A stretch of 64,000 nucleotides of DNA from Macrostomum hystrix (lineage: Eukaryota > Animalia > Platyhelminthes): NCBI GenBank assembly GCA_950097015.1, contig CATNEN010000001.1:21080001-21144000 (forward strand), read 5' to 3'. Positions 11,821-24,700 of this stretch are shown in pieces (positions within the stretch are counted from its first letter, which is position 1; the number at the start of each line of letters is the position of its first letter). The notes below the pieces were generated by a model. The model did not search any database and was not told the origin of the DNA. It worked only from the letters and a program-made list of their open reading frames with translations. Both the position numbers and the translations under genes were made by a program.

Positions 11821-13544
11821 AGGTGTTGGCAAAAGTTCTCTGCTAGTTCGATACACTGATGACACATTTTCGGGCTCCTACATCACCACAATTGGGGTCG
11901 ACTTCAAAATTAAAACTATCGAAGTGAATGGCATTCGAGTTAAATTGCAGATTTGGGACACGGCTGGTAAGTTAGCCAAAAAGTTTGTAACCTTAGATCC
12001 CATGTAGATAATCCCAGTTCTTGTATCCCACACCCTAGATCCCATATAGATAATCCCAAGTTCTTTTGTCCCACACCCTAGATCCCTTGTAGATAATCCC
12101 ATTTCTTGTCTCCCACACCCTAGATGCCTGGTAGATAATCCCATTTCTTGTCTCCCACACCCTAGATCCCTGGTAGATAATCCCATTTCTTGTCTCCCAC
12201 ACCCTAGATCCCTTGTAGATAATCCCAGTTCTTATCCCGCCCTAGATCCCATTTAGATTTTCCCAGTTCTTGCGTCTAACATCATAAATCCAACTTAGAT
12301 AATCCCATTTCTTGTATCCCAAATCCTAGACCCAAACTTAGCCCTAGCAAACCCAACTGTTTCAGGTCAGGAAAGGTTTCGAACCATAACGGCCACTTAC
12401 TACCGCGGCGCGCACGGCATCATTGTAGTGTACGATGTCAACTCCGCTGCCACATTTTTCAATGTCAAACGATGGTTCGAAGAGATTCAGCATCATTGCC
12501 CAGCCACTGTGTCCAAAGTTATTGGTGAGTCCGCTTCCTTGGTTGTGAGATCGAAACAAATGCGCTCGGATATATGCAACTTTCATTCTTCGGCCTCTCA
12601 CTCCGCCTCTTAATACGCCTCTCAGTTCGCTTTCCGCCCTCTCCCTCCGCCCTCTCCCTCCGCCCTCTCCCTCCGCCATCTCCCTCCGCCCTCTCCCTCC
12701 GCCCTCTCCCTCCGCCCTCTCCCTCCGCCCTCTCCCTCCGCCATCTCCCTCCGCCCTCTCCCTCCGCCCTCTCCCTCCGCCCTCTCCCTCCGCCCTCTCC
12801 CTCCGCCCTCTCCCTCCGCCCTCTCCCTCCGCCCTCTCCCTCCGCCCTCTCCCTCCGCCCTCTCCCTCCGCCATCTCCCTCCGCCCTCTCCCTCCGCCCT
12901 CTCCCTCCGCCCTCTCCCTCCGCCATCTCCCTCCGCCCTCTCCCTCCGCCCTCTCCCTCCGCCATCTCCCTCCGCCCTCTCCCTCCGCCCTCTCCCTCCG
13001 CCCTCTTTCTTCGCGAAGTACTCAACCAATCACCATGAAAATCCATATGCTGGACTTTCACGAGGATCAGTCCTTCGGTTTGGGAGCTGTCGTGAAGCAG
13101 GCAGTGGGTATTTGAAATAGCCACCGTGGTCTTACCCCAGGAGGAAAAATCTCGGAGACTCTGAAATAACAACCCACAGTTGGAAACAAAGACGACTGTC
13201 CGGACAATAAAGTCGTGGCCACCACCGACCTGCGGATTGTGGCCAACGAGTTCAGCGTCCCGTTTGTTGAAACCTCCGCTAAGAGCAACACAAATGTGGA
13301 TTTGGTGAGCTTATCAGCTTATCCGTTGTTAAATTGAATACAGCTCATTATTGAGAATGGCTTGTTTATTGTAAAAAGTACATTGCAACCGCAGCTATTC
13401 AACATAATCACTGGCGACATTTTGAAAAGCAAATCTTCTGAGCCCCAATCCAGTGGGGATGGTAGCATTGGCGGCGGCGGAGGCATCAAGATCACCAAAG
13501 TGAACTCATCTAGCAGCTCTGGAGGCAAGAAGAAATGCTGCTAG
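9781..13544 (+). CDS. RAB35: Rab35-like small GTPase, 5 exons
   Basis: Exons 9781-9835, 11823-11966, 12366-12524, 13180-13304, 13395-13544. Motifs [38 protein letters not shown] and C-terminal KKKCC. Confidence 0.88.
11990..12330. repeat. 42-bp intronic minisatellite (Rab35 intron 2)
   Basis: Unit CCATTTCTTGTCTCCCACACCCTAGATCCCTTGTAGATAATC. Confidence 0.9.
12633..13005. repeat. 13-bp intronic minisatellite (Rab35 intron 3)
   Basis: (CCCTCTCCCTCCG)n, about 28 units. Confidence 0.95.
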
Positions 13545-14089
13545 ACTTTTGCTCTCTGCTGCTCTTTTTGGTCCTAAAATTTGTACTTTTATTATTTAAA
13601 GCGCTGGGCTAACCTGGCAAATTGTTGGCTAACGATTAACAAATATTATTCCTTGTAGTCAGCTGTGATTCTTCAACATCCTTTTGCACGATTTTAATTC
13701 ATCTTAGCAGAAATCAGCCTTCAAAAGCTCATTGCCTGATGTTTCAAACTGTCTTTTTGTACTTCTACTTATCTCTGATATGCATAATTTGTTATACACT
13801 GGAATATTTATTTTTATGATTTTTTCCAATTAACAATTTCAGATTCTGTCAATTATTTTTATGCCAACTTGAATTGATTTTTCTGTTTAATACCTGCCTC
13901 GCTATGTTTGCAACTGTTACCTGTCATTCAATCGTTTTTGCCAAACACATTTGCAAGAAAATACCGGAATAGCGTTTTGCCATACGGTTCTTTTGCAAGC
14001 TCCGATTCCAATAAATATTGTGTTTTACAATCTATGATTCCCTCTTTGTCTTGTCTTGCCTTATTTGGTTTGGATGTCTCACATTTCTC

Positions 14090-15672
14090 GTATCCCCACC
14101 TGACTCTTACACTTCTCACTCTTATCCCCACCTGACTCTCACCCTTCTCACTCTTATCCCCACCTGACTCTCACCCTTCTCACTCTTATCCCCACCTGAC
14201 TCTCACCCTTCTCACTCTTATCCCCACCTGACTCTTACACTTCTCACTCTTATCCCCACCTGACTCTTACACTTCTCACTCTTATCCCCACCTGACTCTT
14301 ACACTTCTCACTCTTATCCCCACCTGACTCTTACACTTCCCACTCTTATCCCCACCTGACTCTTACACTTCTCACTCTTATCCCCACCTGAATCTCACCC
14401 TTCTCACTCTTATCCCCACCTGACTCTCACACTTCTCACTCTTATCCCCACCTGACTCTCACACTTCTCACTCTTATCTTCACCTGACTCTCACACTTCT
14501 CACTCTTATCTTCACCTGACTCTCACACTTCTCACTCTTGTCTTCACCTGACTCTCACACTTCTCACTCTTGTCTTCACCTGACTCTCACACTTCTCACT
14601 CTTATCTTCACCTGACTCTCACACTTCTCACTCTTGTCTTCACCTGACTCTTACACTTCCCACTCTTATCCCCACCTGACTCTTACACTTCTCACTCTTA
14701 TCTTCACCTGACTCTCACACTTCTCACTCTTATCCCACCTGACTCTCACACTTCTCACTCTTATCTTCACCTGACTCTCACACTTCTCACTCTTGTCTTC
14801 ACCTGACTCTCACACTTCTCACTCTTATCTTCACCTGACTCTCACACTTCTCACTCTTGTCTTCACCTGACTCTTACACTTCCCACTCTTATCCCCACCT
14901 GACTCTTACACTTCTCACTCTTATCTTCACCTGACTCTTACACTTCCCACTCTTATCCCCACCTGACTCTCACACTTCTCACTCTTATCTTCACCTGACT
15001 CTCACACTTCTCACTCTTATCTTCACCTGACTCTCACACTTCTCACTCTTGTCTTCACCTGACTCTCACACTTCTCACTCTTGTCTTCACCTGACTCTCA
15101 CACTTCTCACTCTTATCTTCACCTGACTCTCACACTTCTCACTCTTGTCTTCACCTGACTCTTACACTTCCCACTCTTATCCCCACCTGACTCTTACACT
15201 TCTCACTCTTATCTTCACCTGACTCTCACACTTCTCACTCTTATCCCACCTGACTCTCACACTTCTCACTCTTATCTTCACCTGACTCTCACACTTCTCA
15301 CTCTTGTCTTCACCTGACTCTCACACTTCTCACTCTTATCTTCACCTGACTCTCACACTTCTCACTCTTGTCTTCACCTGACTCTTACACTTCCCACTCT
15401 TATCCCCACCTGACTCTTACACTTCTCACTCTTATCTTCACCTGACTCTTACACTTCCCACTCTTATCCCCACCTGACTCTTACACTTCTCACTCTTATC
15501 TTCACCTGACTCTCACACTTCTCACTCTTATCTTCACCTGACTCTCACACTTCTCACTCTTGTCTTCACCTGACTCTTACACTTCCCACTCTTATCCCCA
15601 CCTGACTCTTACACTTCTCACTCTTATCTTCGCCTGACTCTCACCCTTCTCACTCTTATCTTCGCCTGACTC
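14090..15672. repeat. 32-bp intergenic minisatellite (Rab35-ULK4 spacer)
   Basis: Unit TATCCCCACCTGACTCTTACACTTCTCACTCT, about 49 units. Confidence 0.97.
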
Positions 15673-15798
15673 AGTGAGTGTCTAGTAGCCATCAATCAAA
15701 TAATTTAATATAATTTCTACCTAGACCTGGTTTCGCCTTCGAATTACAGCGGTCATCGGGTGCGAATCACCTGCGAATCAGCTGCGAATCACCTGGCA

Positions 15799-18700
15799 AT
15801 GGAGAACTTTGTCCTATACGAGGGCATCACGAACTCGCCCGATATAGCCAATTGCACCCAGACACACAAGGGCAGGCGCAAGGGCACGGTGGCCTTCTTG
15901 GCCATCAGCAGTGTCAAGAAGCGAGCCAGAGCTCCCGTCACGAATCACGTGAGATTTGTTAGCGAGCTCAAGCATCCGCATGTTGTCGAATTCATGGAAT
16001 GGTACGAGACCACCAATCACCTGTGGCTGGTGTTTGAGCTGTGCTCAGGCGGCGACCTTGACACCCTGCTGAGACTTGACGGCGCCCTGCCCGAGTCAGC
16101 CATTCGGCAGTTTGCCATGGATTTAGTCCGAGCTCTGCACTATCTGCACAGTAGCGACATTGTGTACGGAGACCTGTGCCCAACCAAAGTGCTCATTGAC
16201 AATGACGGCAGAATGAAACTTGGCGACTTCTGTCTGGCATTCAAGAACGGCGAATCTCTGCCCGATCTCTATTATCACTTTGTTGGCATGGGCGGCAGCG
16301 CTGATGAGGCCGACTTCTCTGCCGGTGCCGACGCGGATGCCGACGGTGAAGGCGGGGGAGGCGGACAGATTCGAGAGCCGATGGCGCCTCACCTGGACTG
16401 GCTGTCGCCGGAGTTGGTACGCGGCGATCAACCTTGCGCCGATTACAAATCAGATCTGTGGTCACTGGGCGCCATCTTGTACCAGATGTTCGCCGGTAGG
16501 CCGCCATTTGCCGCCGCCACTGCCAAGGAGGTGGCCGATGGCATCGTCTACAAAGAGCTGCCACCGCCCAGAGTGAAAGGCGCCCGCCTCACTGGCAAGC
16601 CGAGTCAGGATTTCCTGGATTTGATTGGCCACCTTCTGGATAAAGACGCCGACGCTAGACTTGACTGGCCAGAACTCATCAGCCATCCGTTCTGGCAGGG
16701 AAGGCTGGCCGACCTGGCTGACTCCGCGCAGTCGCCGAGAAAGTCCCTGGCCTTGGCTCGGTCTGTAAGCCTGCAGGAGACATTGGCCTCCGTGCGCCAG
16801 TCCATGCGCGCCAGTCGCAGTCATCACCCGGGCCAGCAGCTTGGCGAGACCAGTATGACCATGAACAGATCGGTAAGGGGTGCCAAGGTACTGCTCATGA
16901 AACTTAATCGACTGAGATCATGGAGGATTATGGATTGGGATCATGTAGGATTACGGATTGGGATCATGTAGGATTATGGATTGGGATCATGTAGGATTAC
17001 GGATTGGGATCATGAAGGATTACGGATTGGAATCATGGGTGATTATCGATTGGGAATATTTATGTAATCAATACAGTATTACCCCGCTTTTACTCATCGT
17101 GCAGATTGAGCACGAAGACTCCAACGCGGACAACTCAAACATTCAGCAGCTTCATCACCAAGCTGATGCTGTGTCATTCACATTGCACGCGGGCAGTAGG
17201 CCAGTCACGGCTAGTAACAAGCCTGCGGTTGCCAACAGCAACGTCAACAATGTGCCTGCCGCTGCACCCAGTGCTGCTGCTGCGGCTACTGCTGCTGCCA
17301 ACTCTGCTTCTACTAATGCCAGTCGTCAGCAAAGGCCGACATCGTCAAGCTCTTCAGCGCCGGGCACGCCTCAGCAGCAGCATCGTCGCCCGAGTTCTTC
17401 CTTGCCTGGCGATGCGGAAGAGTTGAAACGCCTCATCAACCTGGAAGATGACTCAGACTCCGCTGGTTCCATTGTGGATAATCCCAGGATAATTTCTGGG
17501 TTAAGCGCCACAGATAAAAAATTTGATTCCAAATCGGTGCCAGTGCCACCGCTGACGCCGGACCGGCTGGCCGCAATGTCACCCGCCGAGGTGGCCCGAC
17601 ACGCCGGGGTACTGGCGCAGGCCTTCACCAGCAGCGGCGCCGAGAGAGGACCGCCGTCCCAGAAGCGAATGAATCTGGTGGCCTACGCTACCGTTGTGTT
17701 CTCTGCCACCTCTGTGACACCTGCGGAATTGGCTAGACCCCTGCTGGCATCTGGAGCTGTGGCTAACGAGCTGTTGAAGCAGGTGAGTTTGTGTAGCTTT
17801 GGTCTCAATTGAGTAGCTTTTGGATTTTGAGATCTCAGTTGAGTAGCTTTGTTTGGGAATTTCTAGATCTCAGTTGAGTAGTTTTTGGGATTTTGAGAAC
17901 TGAGTTCAGTAGCTTTGTATTTGGGTTTGAGAACTCTTTTGAGTAGCTTTGCATTCGGGTTTTGAGAACTCGGTTGAGTAGCTTTGCATTCGGGTTTTGA
18001 GAACTCAGTTGAGTAGCTTTGCATTCGGATTTTGAGAACTCGTTTGAGTAGCTTTGCATTCGGATTTTGAGATCTTAGTTGAGTAGCTTTGCATTCGGAT
18101 TTTGAGATCTTAGTTGAGTAGCTTTGTATTTGGATTTTGAGAACTCAGTTGAGTAGCTTTGGGATTTTGGATTTTGAGATCTCAGTTGAGTAGCTTTGGG
18201 ATTTTGGATTTTGAGATCTCAGTTGAGTAGCTTTGGGATTTTGGATTTTGAGATCTCAGTTGAGTAGCTTTGGGATTTTGGATTTTGAGATCTCAGTTGA
18301 GTAGCTTTAGGATTTTGGATTTTGAGATCTCAGTTGAGTAGCTTTGGGATTTTGGATTTTGAGATCTCAGTTGAGTAGCTTTGGGATTTTGAGATCTTAG
18401 TTTAATGAGCGTGCCACGTCAATTAAGTAGTTTTTAGATGTCCGTTTATTCATTTCTTTCCAATCTGCAGATTCGCGAGACCACGCACGCGGATTTGAAG
18501 CTGCGCCTCTGCCGCCTCCTGGCCCACCTGTTTCGCCTGGCGGCTCCGCTGCTCTCGACCGCAGCCGCAGCTTCCTGCGATACTTGGCCGCTAGGCGAAT
18601 CGGCTACCCAGCTGACGGAGATGCTGAGGGAACAGTTCCGCAATACCAAGTTAAAGCAGGGGCTGCTAGCCATTCTAGGCGAGCTATTGGTGGCCATTTC

Positions 18701-21700
18701 TGCTGGCGAGTCAGCCCTCGGTCGGCAGGTAGCAAAGTGGTCAGTGCCGGCTATGACTGTCACACAGATTGCCAGGTGTCTGCACAGCAGCGAGGAGGTT
18801 GTTACTAGTCACCTGGCCTGCAAGATAATTGAAAAGGTTTGCGATTTTAAAATCAGATTAAAAAATTGTATTAAATTTCCAAACTAAGGAATCTTCCGTA
18901 CCTATCTATATTTTTCTAACAGTAGGACTACCAAGTCATTTTGCCGCCCGTTTGCTGAATGCTGACAGCTTTAGGTGATGACTGATTGGTTGAAAGTCTA
19001 GGCGATGGTGTCCTGTGGTTGAGCTGCGCCTAATATTTAGGCTTGATCAGTGAAATTATATAAATTCGCGTCAGGGTGTCCATAGTGGCCTATTTCCACC
19101 TGTTGTAGCCCTTGAAGGTCCAGCAAATCCGTCTAGTTAAAGGTAGGTGGCTACCGAAGACGATGCACTTTTACTTTTACAGTATTATCTAGGAAACTGA
19201 CAGTAGTTTCTTAGAATTTCACAGTATTATCATGGAAACTGACAGTAGTTTCTTAGAATTTTACAGTATTATCTAGAAAACTGACAGTAGTTTCTTAGAA
19301 TTTTACAGTATTATCTAGGAAACTGACAGTAGTTTCTTAGACTTTCACAGTATTATCTAGGAAACTGACAGTAGTTTCTTAGAATTTCACTGTATTATCT
19401 AGGAAACTGACAGTAGTTTCTTAGAATTTTACAGTATTATCTAGGAAACTGACAGTAGTTTCTTAGAATTTTACAGTATTATCTAGGAAACTGACAGTAG
19501 TTTCTTAGACTTTTACAGTATTATCTAGGAAACTGACAGTAGTTTCTTAGAATTTCACTGTATTATCTAGGAAACTGACAGTAGTTTCTTAGAATTTTAC
19601 AGTATTATCTAGGAAACTGACAGTAGTTTCTTAGAATTTTACAGTATTATCTAGGAAACTGACATTAGTTTCTTAGAATTTTACAGTATTATCATGGAAA
19701 CTGACATTAGTTTCTTAGAATTTTACAGTATTATCTAGGAAACTGACAGTAGTTTCTTAGAATTTTACAGTATTATCTAGGAAACTGACAGTAGTTTCTT
19801 AGAATTTTACAGTATTATCTAGGAAACTGACAGTAGTTGCTTAGAATTTTACAGTATTATCTAGGAAACTGACAGTAGTTTCTTAGAATTTTACAGTATT
19901 ATCTAGGAAACTGACAGTAGTTTCTTAGAATTTTACAGTATTATCTAGGAAACTGACAGTAGTTTCTTAGAATTTTACAGTATTATCTAGGAAACTGACA
20001 GTAGTTTCTTAGAATTTTACAGTATTATCTAGGAAACTGAAAGTAGTTTCTTAGAATTTTACAGTATTATCTAGGAAACTGACAGTAGTTTCTTAGACTT
20101 TTACAGTATTATCTAGGAAACTGACAGTAGTTTCTTAGAATTTTACAGTATTATCTAGGAAACTGACAGTAGTTTCTTAGACTTTTACAGTATTATCTAG
20201 GAAACTGACAGTAGTTTCTTAGACTTTTACAGTACTATCTAGGAAACTGACAGTAGTTTCTTAGAATTTTACAGTATTATCTAGGAAACTGCACAGTAGT
20301 TTCTTAGAATTTTACAGTATTATCTAGGAAACTGACAGTAGTTTCTTAGAATTTTACAGTATTATCTAGGAAACTGACAGTAGTTTCTTAGACTTTTACA
20401 GTATTATCTAGGAAACTGACAGTAGTTTCTTAGAATTTTACAGTATTATCTAGGAAACTGACAGTAGTTTCTTAGACTTTTACAGTACTATCTAGGAAAC
20501 TGACAGTAGTTTCTTAGAATTTTACAGTATTATCTAGGAAACTGCACAGTAGTTTCTTAGAATTTTACAGTATTATCTAGGAAACTGACAGTAGTTTCTT
20601 AGAATTTTACAGTATTATCTAGGAAACTGAAAGTAGTTTCTTAGAATTTTACAGTATTATCTAGGAAAATGACAGCGTTTTATACTAAACTTGTCGTGTT
20701 TTCTAGAAAAAGCCCGGTGATTTCTTGGAAACTCATTGTCTTTTCTAGGAAACCAAAAACATTTAATTTTAATAATTATTAAGAAAGCCATGTCTTGAGG
20801 AAGTATCCATAAATATCCTGTCCAGGAAGTAACCCCTTACTGGGAAATTTCTACCAATTTAACTTTTTCTTATAACAACTGTACATAGAAATAGAATCCC
20901 ATATTTATTTTCTAGGAAGCTTCTATACTTTTCTGTGAAAATTTAAACCTCTATCGAAATATTTCGTATCTGAATATACTGTACTAATTCACCTCCGTTT
21001 GCCATCCTCTTTAGAAAAATCCTATTTCCTCCCGAATCCAATCCTTCAGGCATGCGGCTACCCGGACACTCAGCTGGCCGCTCGCTTCGCCACCCAGGAG
21101 CTCGGCCAGCTCGCCTGGTCCACACTCAGATTGGCCACCCTCGACAGTCTGAGAATTTGCGCCGCCGTCAGCCTGAGCCGCATGTGCCGCATCCATACGG
21201 CTATCTGTCAGTCGGTGGTGGACAAAGCAGGCTTGTCCAGCGTGCTGGACTGTCTGAATGCGCCGGCTAGTCTGACCCGAGTTCAACAATCTGTGCTCAG
21301 CATGCTGGGCGCCAGTCTCATCTGCAATCCTTCGGCTCCGTTCAGCAAGAAGCTCAGTCAGGATCGCGACTTTCTGCACGCCGTTTTAAAACAATTGGAA
21401 AGTCCGAATCCGATGAACCGGGCCAAGGCCTTCCTGATTGTTGACGCGGTGGTTCGGGCGTCGCCTGATTCTCTGCACGTGTGCTGCAACCTCCGCCTGC
21501 TGGTTTATGTCGAGCGAGACTCAAGGCGAGACACGCCCGGATACGGCATGCAGAGAGACGCGGCTGGCGGAGCTGCCACTGCCGGCATGGAGGCTCAAGC
21601 TCACCTCTATCATTGCCTGGAGCTGCTCATTGGCACCCTGTGCGGCTGCGTGCCTGGAGTGGCCGAACAGATCCTGGCTGCACTGGGCTCAGTGGCCGGC

Positions 21701-24700
21701 AGAAAGCACCCGTCCACTGCTCAGGTGAGCATATATGCCGTGCTCAAACTATCCACCATCAGCCATGCTCAAACCATCCACCACCAGCCATGCTCAAACC
21801 ATCCACCATCAACCATGCTCAAACCATCCACCATCAACCATGCTCAAACCATCCATCATCAGCCATGCACAAACCATCCATCATCAGCCATGCTGAAACC
21901 ATCCATCATCATTTATGCTCAAACCATCCATCATCAGCCGTGCTGAAACCATCCATCATCAGCCGTGCTGAAACCATCCATCATCAGCCGTGCTGAAACC
22001 ATCCATCATCAGCCATGCTCAAACCATCCATCATCAGGCCTGCTCAAACCATCCATCAGCCATGCTCAAACCATCCATCATCAGCCATGCTCAAAACATC
22101 CATCATCAGGCCTGCTCAAACCATCCATCAACCATGCTCAAACCATCCATCATCAGTCCTGCTCAAACCATCTATCATCAGTCCTGCTCAAACCATCCAT
22201 CATCAGTCCTGCTCAAACCATCCATCATCAGTCCTGCTCAAACCATCCATCATCAGCCCTGCTCAAACCATCCATCATCAGTCCTGCTCAAACCATCCAT
22301 CATCAGTCCTGCTCAAACCATCCATCATCAGCCCTGCTCAAACCATCCATCATCAGCCCTGCTCAAACAATCCATCAGCCATGCTTAAACCATCCATCAT
22401 CATTTATGCTCAAACAATCCATCAGCCATGCTTAAACCATCCATCATACGAGCTAATTTATGCTCAAACAATCCATCAGCCATGCTTAAACCATCCATCA
22501 TCATTTATGCTCAAACCATCCATCATCATTTAGGCTCAAACCATCCATCATCATTTATGCTCAAACCATCCATCATCATACATGCTCAAACCATCCATCA
22601 TCATACATGCTCAAACCATCCATCATCATACATGCTCAAACCATCCATCATCATACATGCTCAAACCATCCATCATCATACATGCTCAAACCATCCATCA
22701 TCATACATGCTCAAACCATCCATCATCATACATGCTCAAACCATCCATCAGCCATGCTCAAACAATCATCTGAATATACCTTTCATCTCTACTCAAACCC
22801 TTGAAACTGTTCGGCTCCTCCGCAGGCCAAGCAGCTGCGCCAGTGGCTGCCGCTGACATCGGTGCTGGCCCAGCTAGCCAACTCAGCGGCCCTTCGATCT
22901 CGCATTGTGCAACCCCCATTCCTGGCCTTCCTTGGCCAACTGCTCAGCCACTGCCAGGCCATGGACTGTCACAAGACTGTGGTGGAACCCGCCGTTAGTC
23001 ACGAGGAGGTCATCTCAACAGGCCTAGCTATAGCCGAACTGCTTGTGCTGCATCCAAATCTGCTAATTGGCTGCGCTGAACTTGTTGCTAAGCAACTGTT
23101 GCCACCCTTGGGTGGACTCATTGGCAGCAGCGTGGTAGAGACTCGGGTGCGTTTTCACCTATGCTGTCCTGTCATATGTCCGGAATCGTACCAAATCGCA
23201 TATTGGAAATCGTACCAAATCGCATATTGGAAATCGTACCAAATCGCATATTGGAAATCGTACCAAATCGCATATTGGGAATCGTACCAAATCGCATATT
23301 GGGAATCGTACCAAATCGCATATTGGGAATCGTACCAAATCGCATATTGGGAATCGTACCAAATCGCATATTGGGAATCGTACCAAATCGCATATTGGGA
23401 ATCGTACCAAATCGCATATTGGGAATCGTACCAAATCGCATATTGGGAATCGTACCAAATCGCATATTGTGAATCGTACCAAATCGCATATTGGGAATCG
23501 TACCAAATCGCATATTGGGAATCGTACCAAATCGCATATTGGGAATCGTACCAAATCGCATATTGGGAATCGTACCAAATCGCATATTGGGAATCGTACC
23601 AAATCGCATATTGGGAATCGTACCAAATCGCATATTGTGAATCGTACCAAATCGCATATTGGGAATCGTACCAAATCGCATATTGGGAATCGTATCATTT
23701 TTGCCAGGAACCGTACCAAAATCTCATTAAAGAATCGATAAAATATCTTCTAGTTTTACAACCGATTCAAATTATATATTAGTTTTTGTTTATTTTTTGA
23801 AAGTACATGCAGTTCATCCCATCTCCTATCCAGGTGGTGGCCATGAAGATCTTCGCCGAGATGTCCTGCCACCTTCTACTGCAGGACACAGAGTCTGACT
23901 CAGTGTCAGCCGCTATCGATGATCTGATTGTGCCCCAGGCCGAGTCTCTGCTACTAGAAGCGGAACCGGCTCCCTGTTTCCTGTTAAAACTGTTGTGCAG
24001 CTATTGCGAACTCAAGCCGCAGGCTGGTGCCATTGTGCAACTAGCTGGGCTGCCTCAGCTGCTACTGCAACTCCTGGCTGACCGGCAGTACGGCCTCACA
24101 TCGCAGACTGCGCTCAACTCATTCAGATTGGTCACTGTGAGTTTTTGCATACTCTTGGAGGTTTGCATGTGTCTACTCATTGGAGGCTACTTAGGATTTT
24201 AGTTTTTTATCGAAATACTATTTAGATACATCGGTTAGACTGCTTTTCTGAAGATTAACAGATGCTCTTGAGAAGCACTGAAATTCCCCTAAGGCCTTGA
24301 GTATGGGGAGCTTGTCGTGCAATTTACGCGAGACCTGCAGCTAACGAGAAGGCAATTCTGCCTATTCCGCTGACTCCTGAGCACACACGCACACAGATAC
24401 TGTACGCAGGCACACACTGTGCGTACATCTGCCCTGACTTTCTCATCGTCAGGCAGTGTACACTCTCACTGTGCCTTGGAGGTTGGCCCTCAAGGGCGTA
24501 AATTGCACGACAAGCTCACAAGCCTTCTCTCCGCGGCTGCGCCCCAAATGAATGTGGCCTCGCCACGGAATCGAGCTCAGGACCTTGGTGCGAGAAACAA
24601 ACGCGTTAACCGCTCTGCCACTCACCAGCCCCATTTACGCCCTTGAGGGCCAACCTCCAAGGCACAGTGAGTGTACACTGCATGACGATGAGTAAGTCCG

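Noticed and set aside
18974-19050. C/D box snoRNA (GTGATGA...TTGA)
   Set aside because: The paralogous copy near 63540 has GTGTTGA, the D box is imperfect, and the region is a dispersed repeat.
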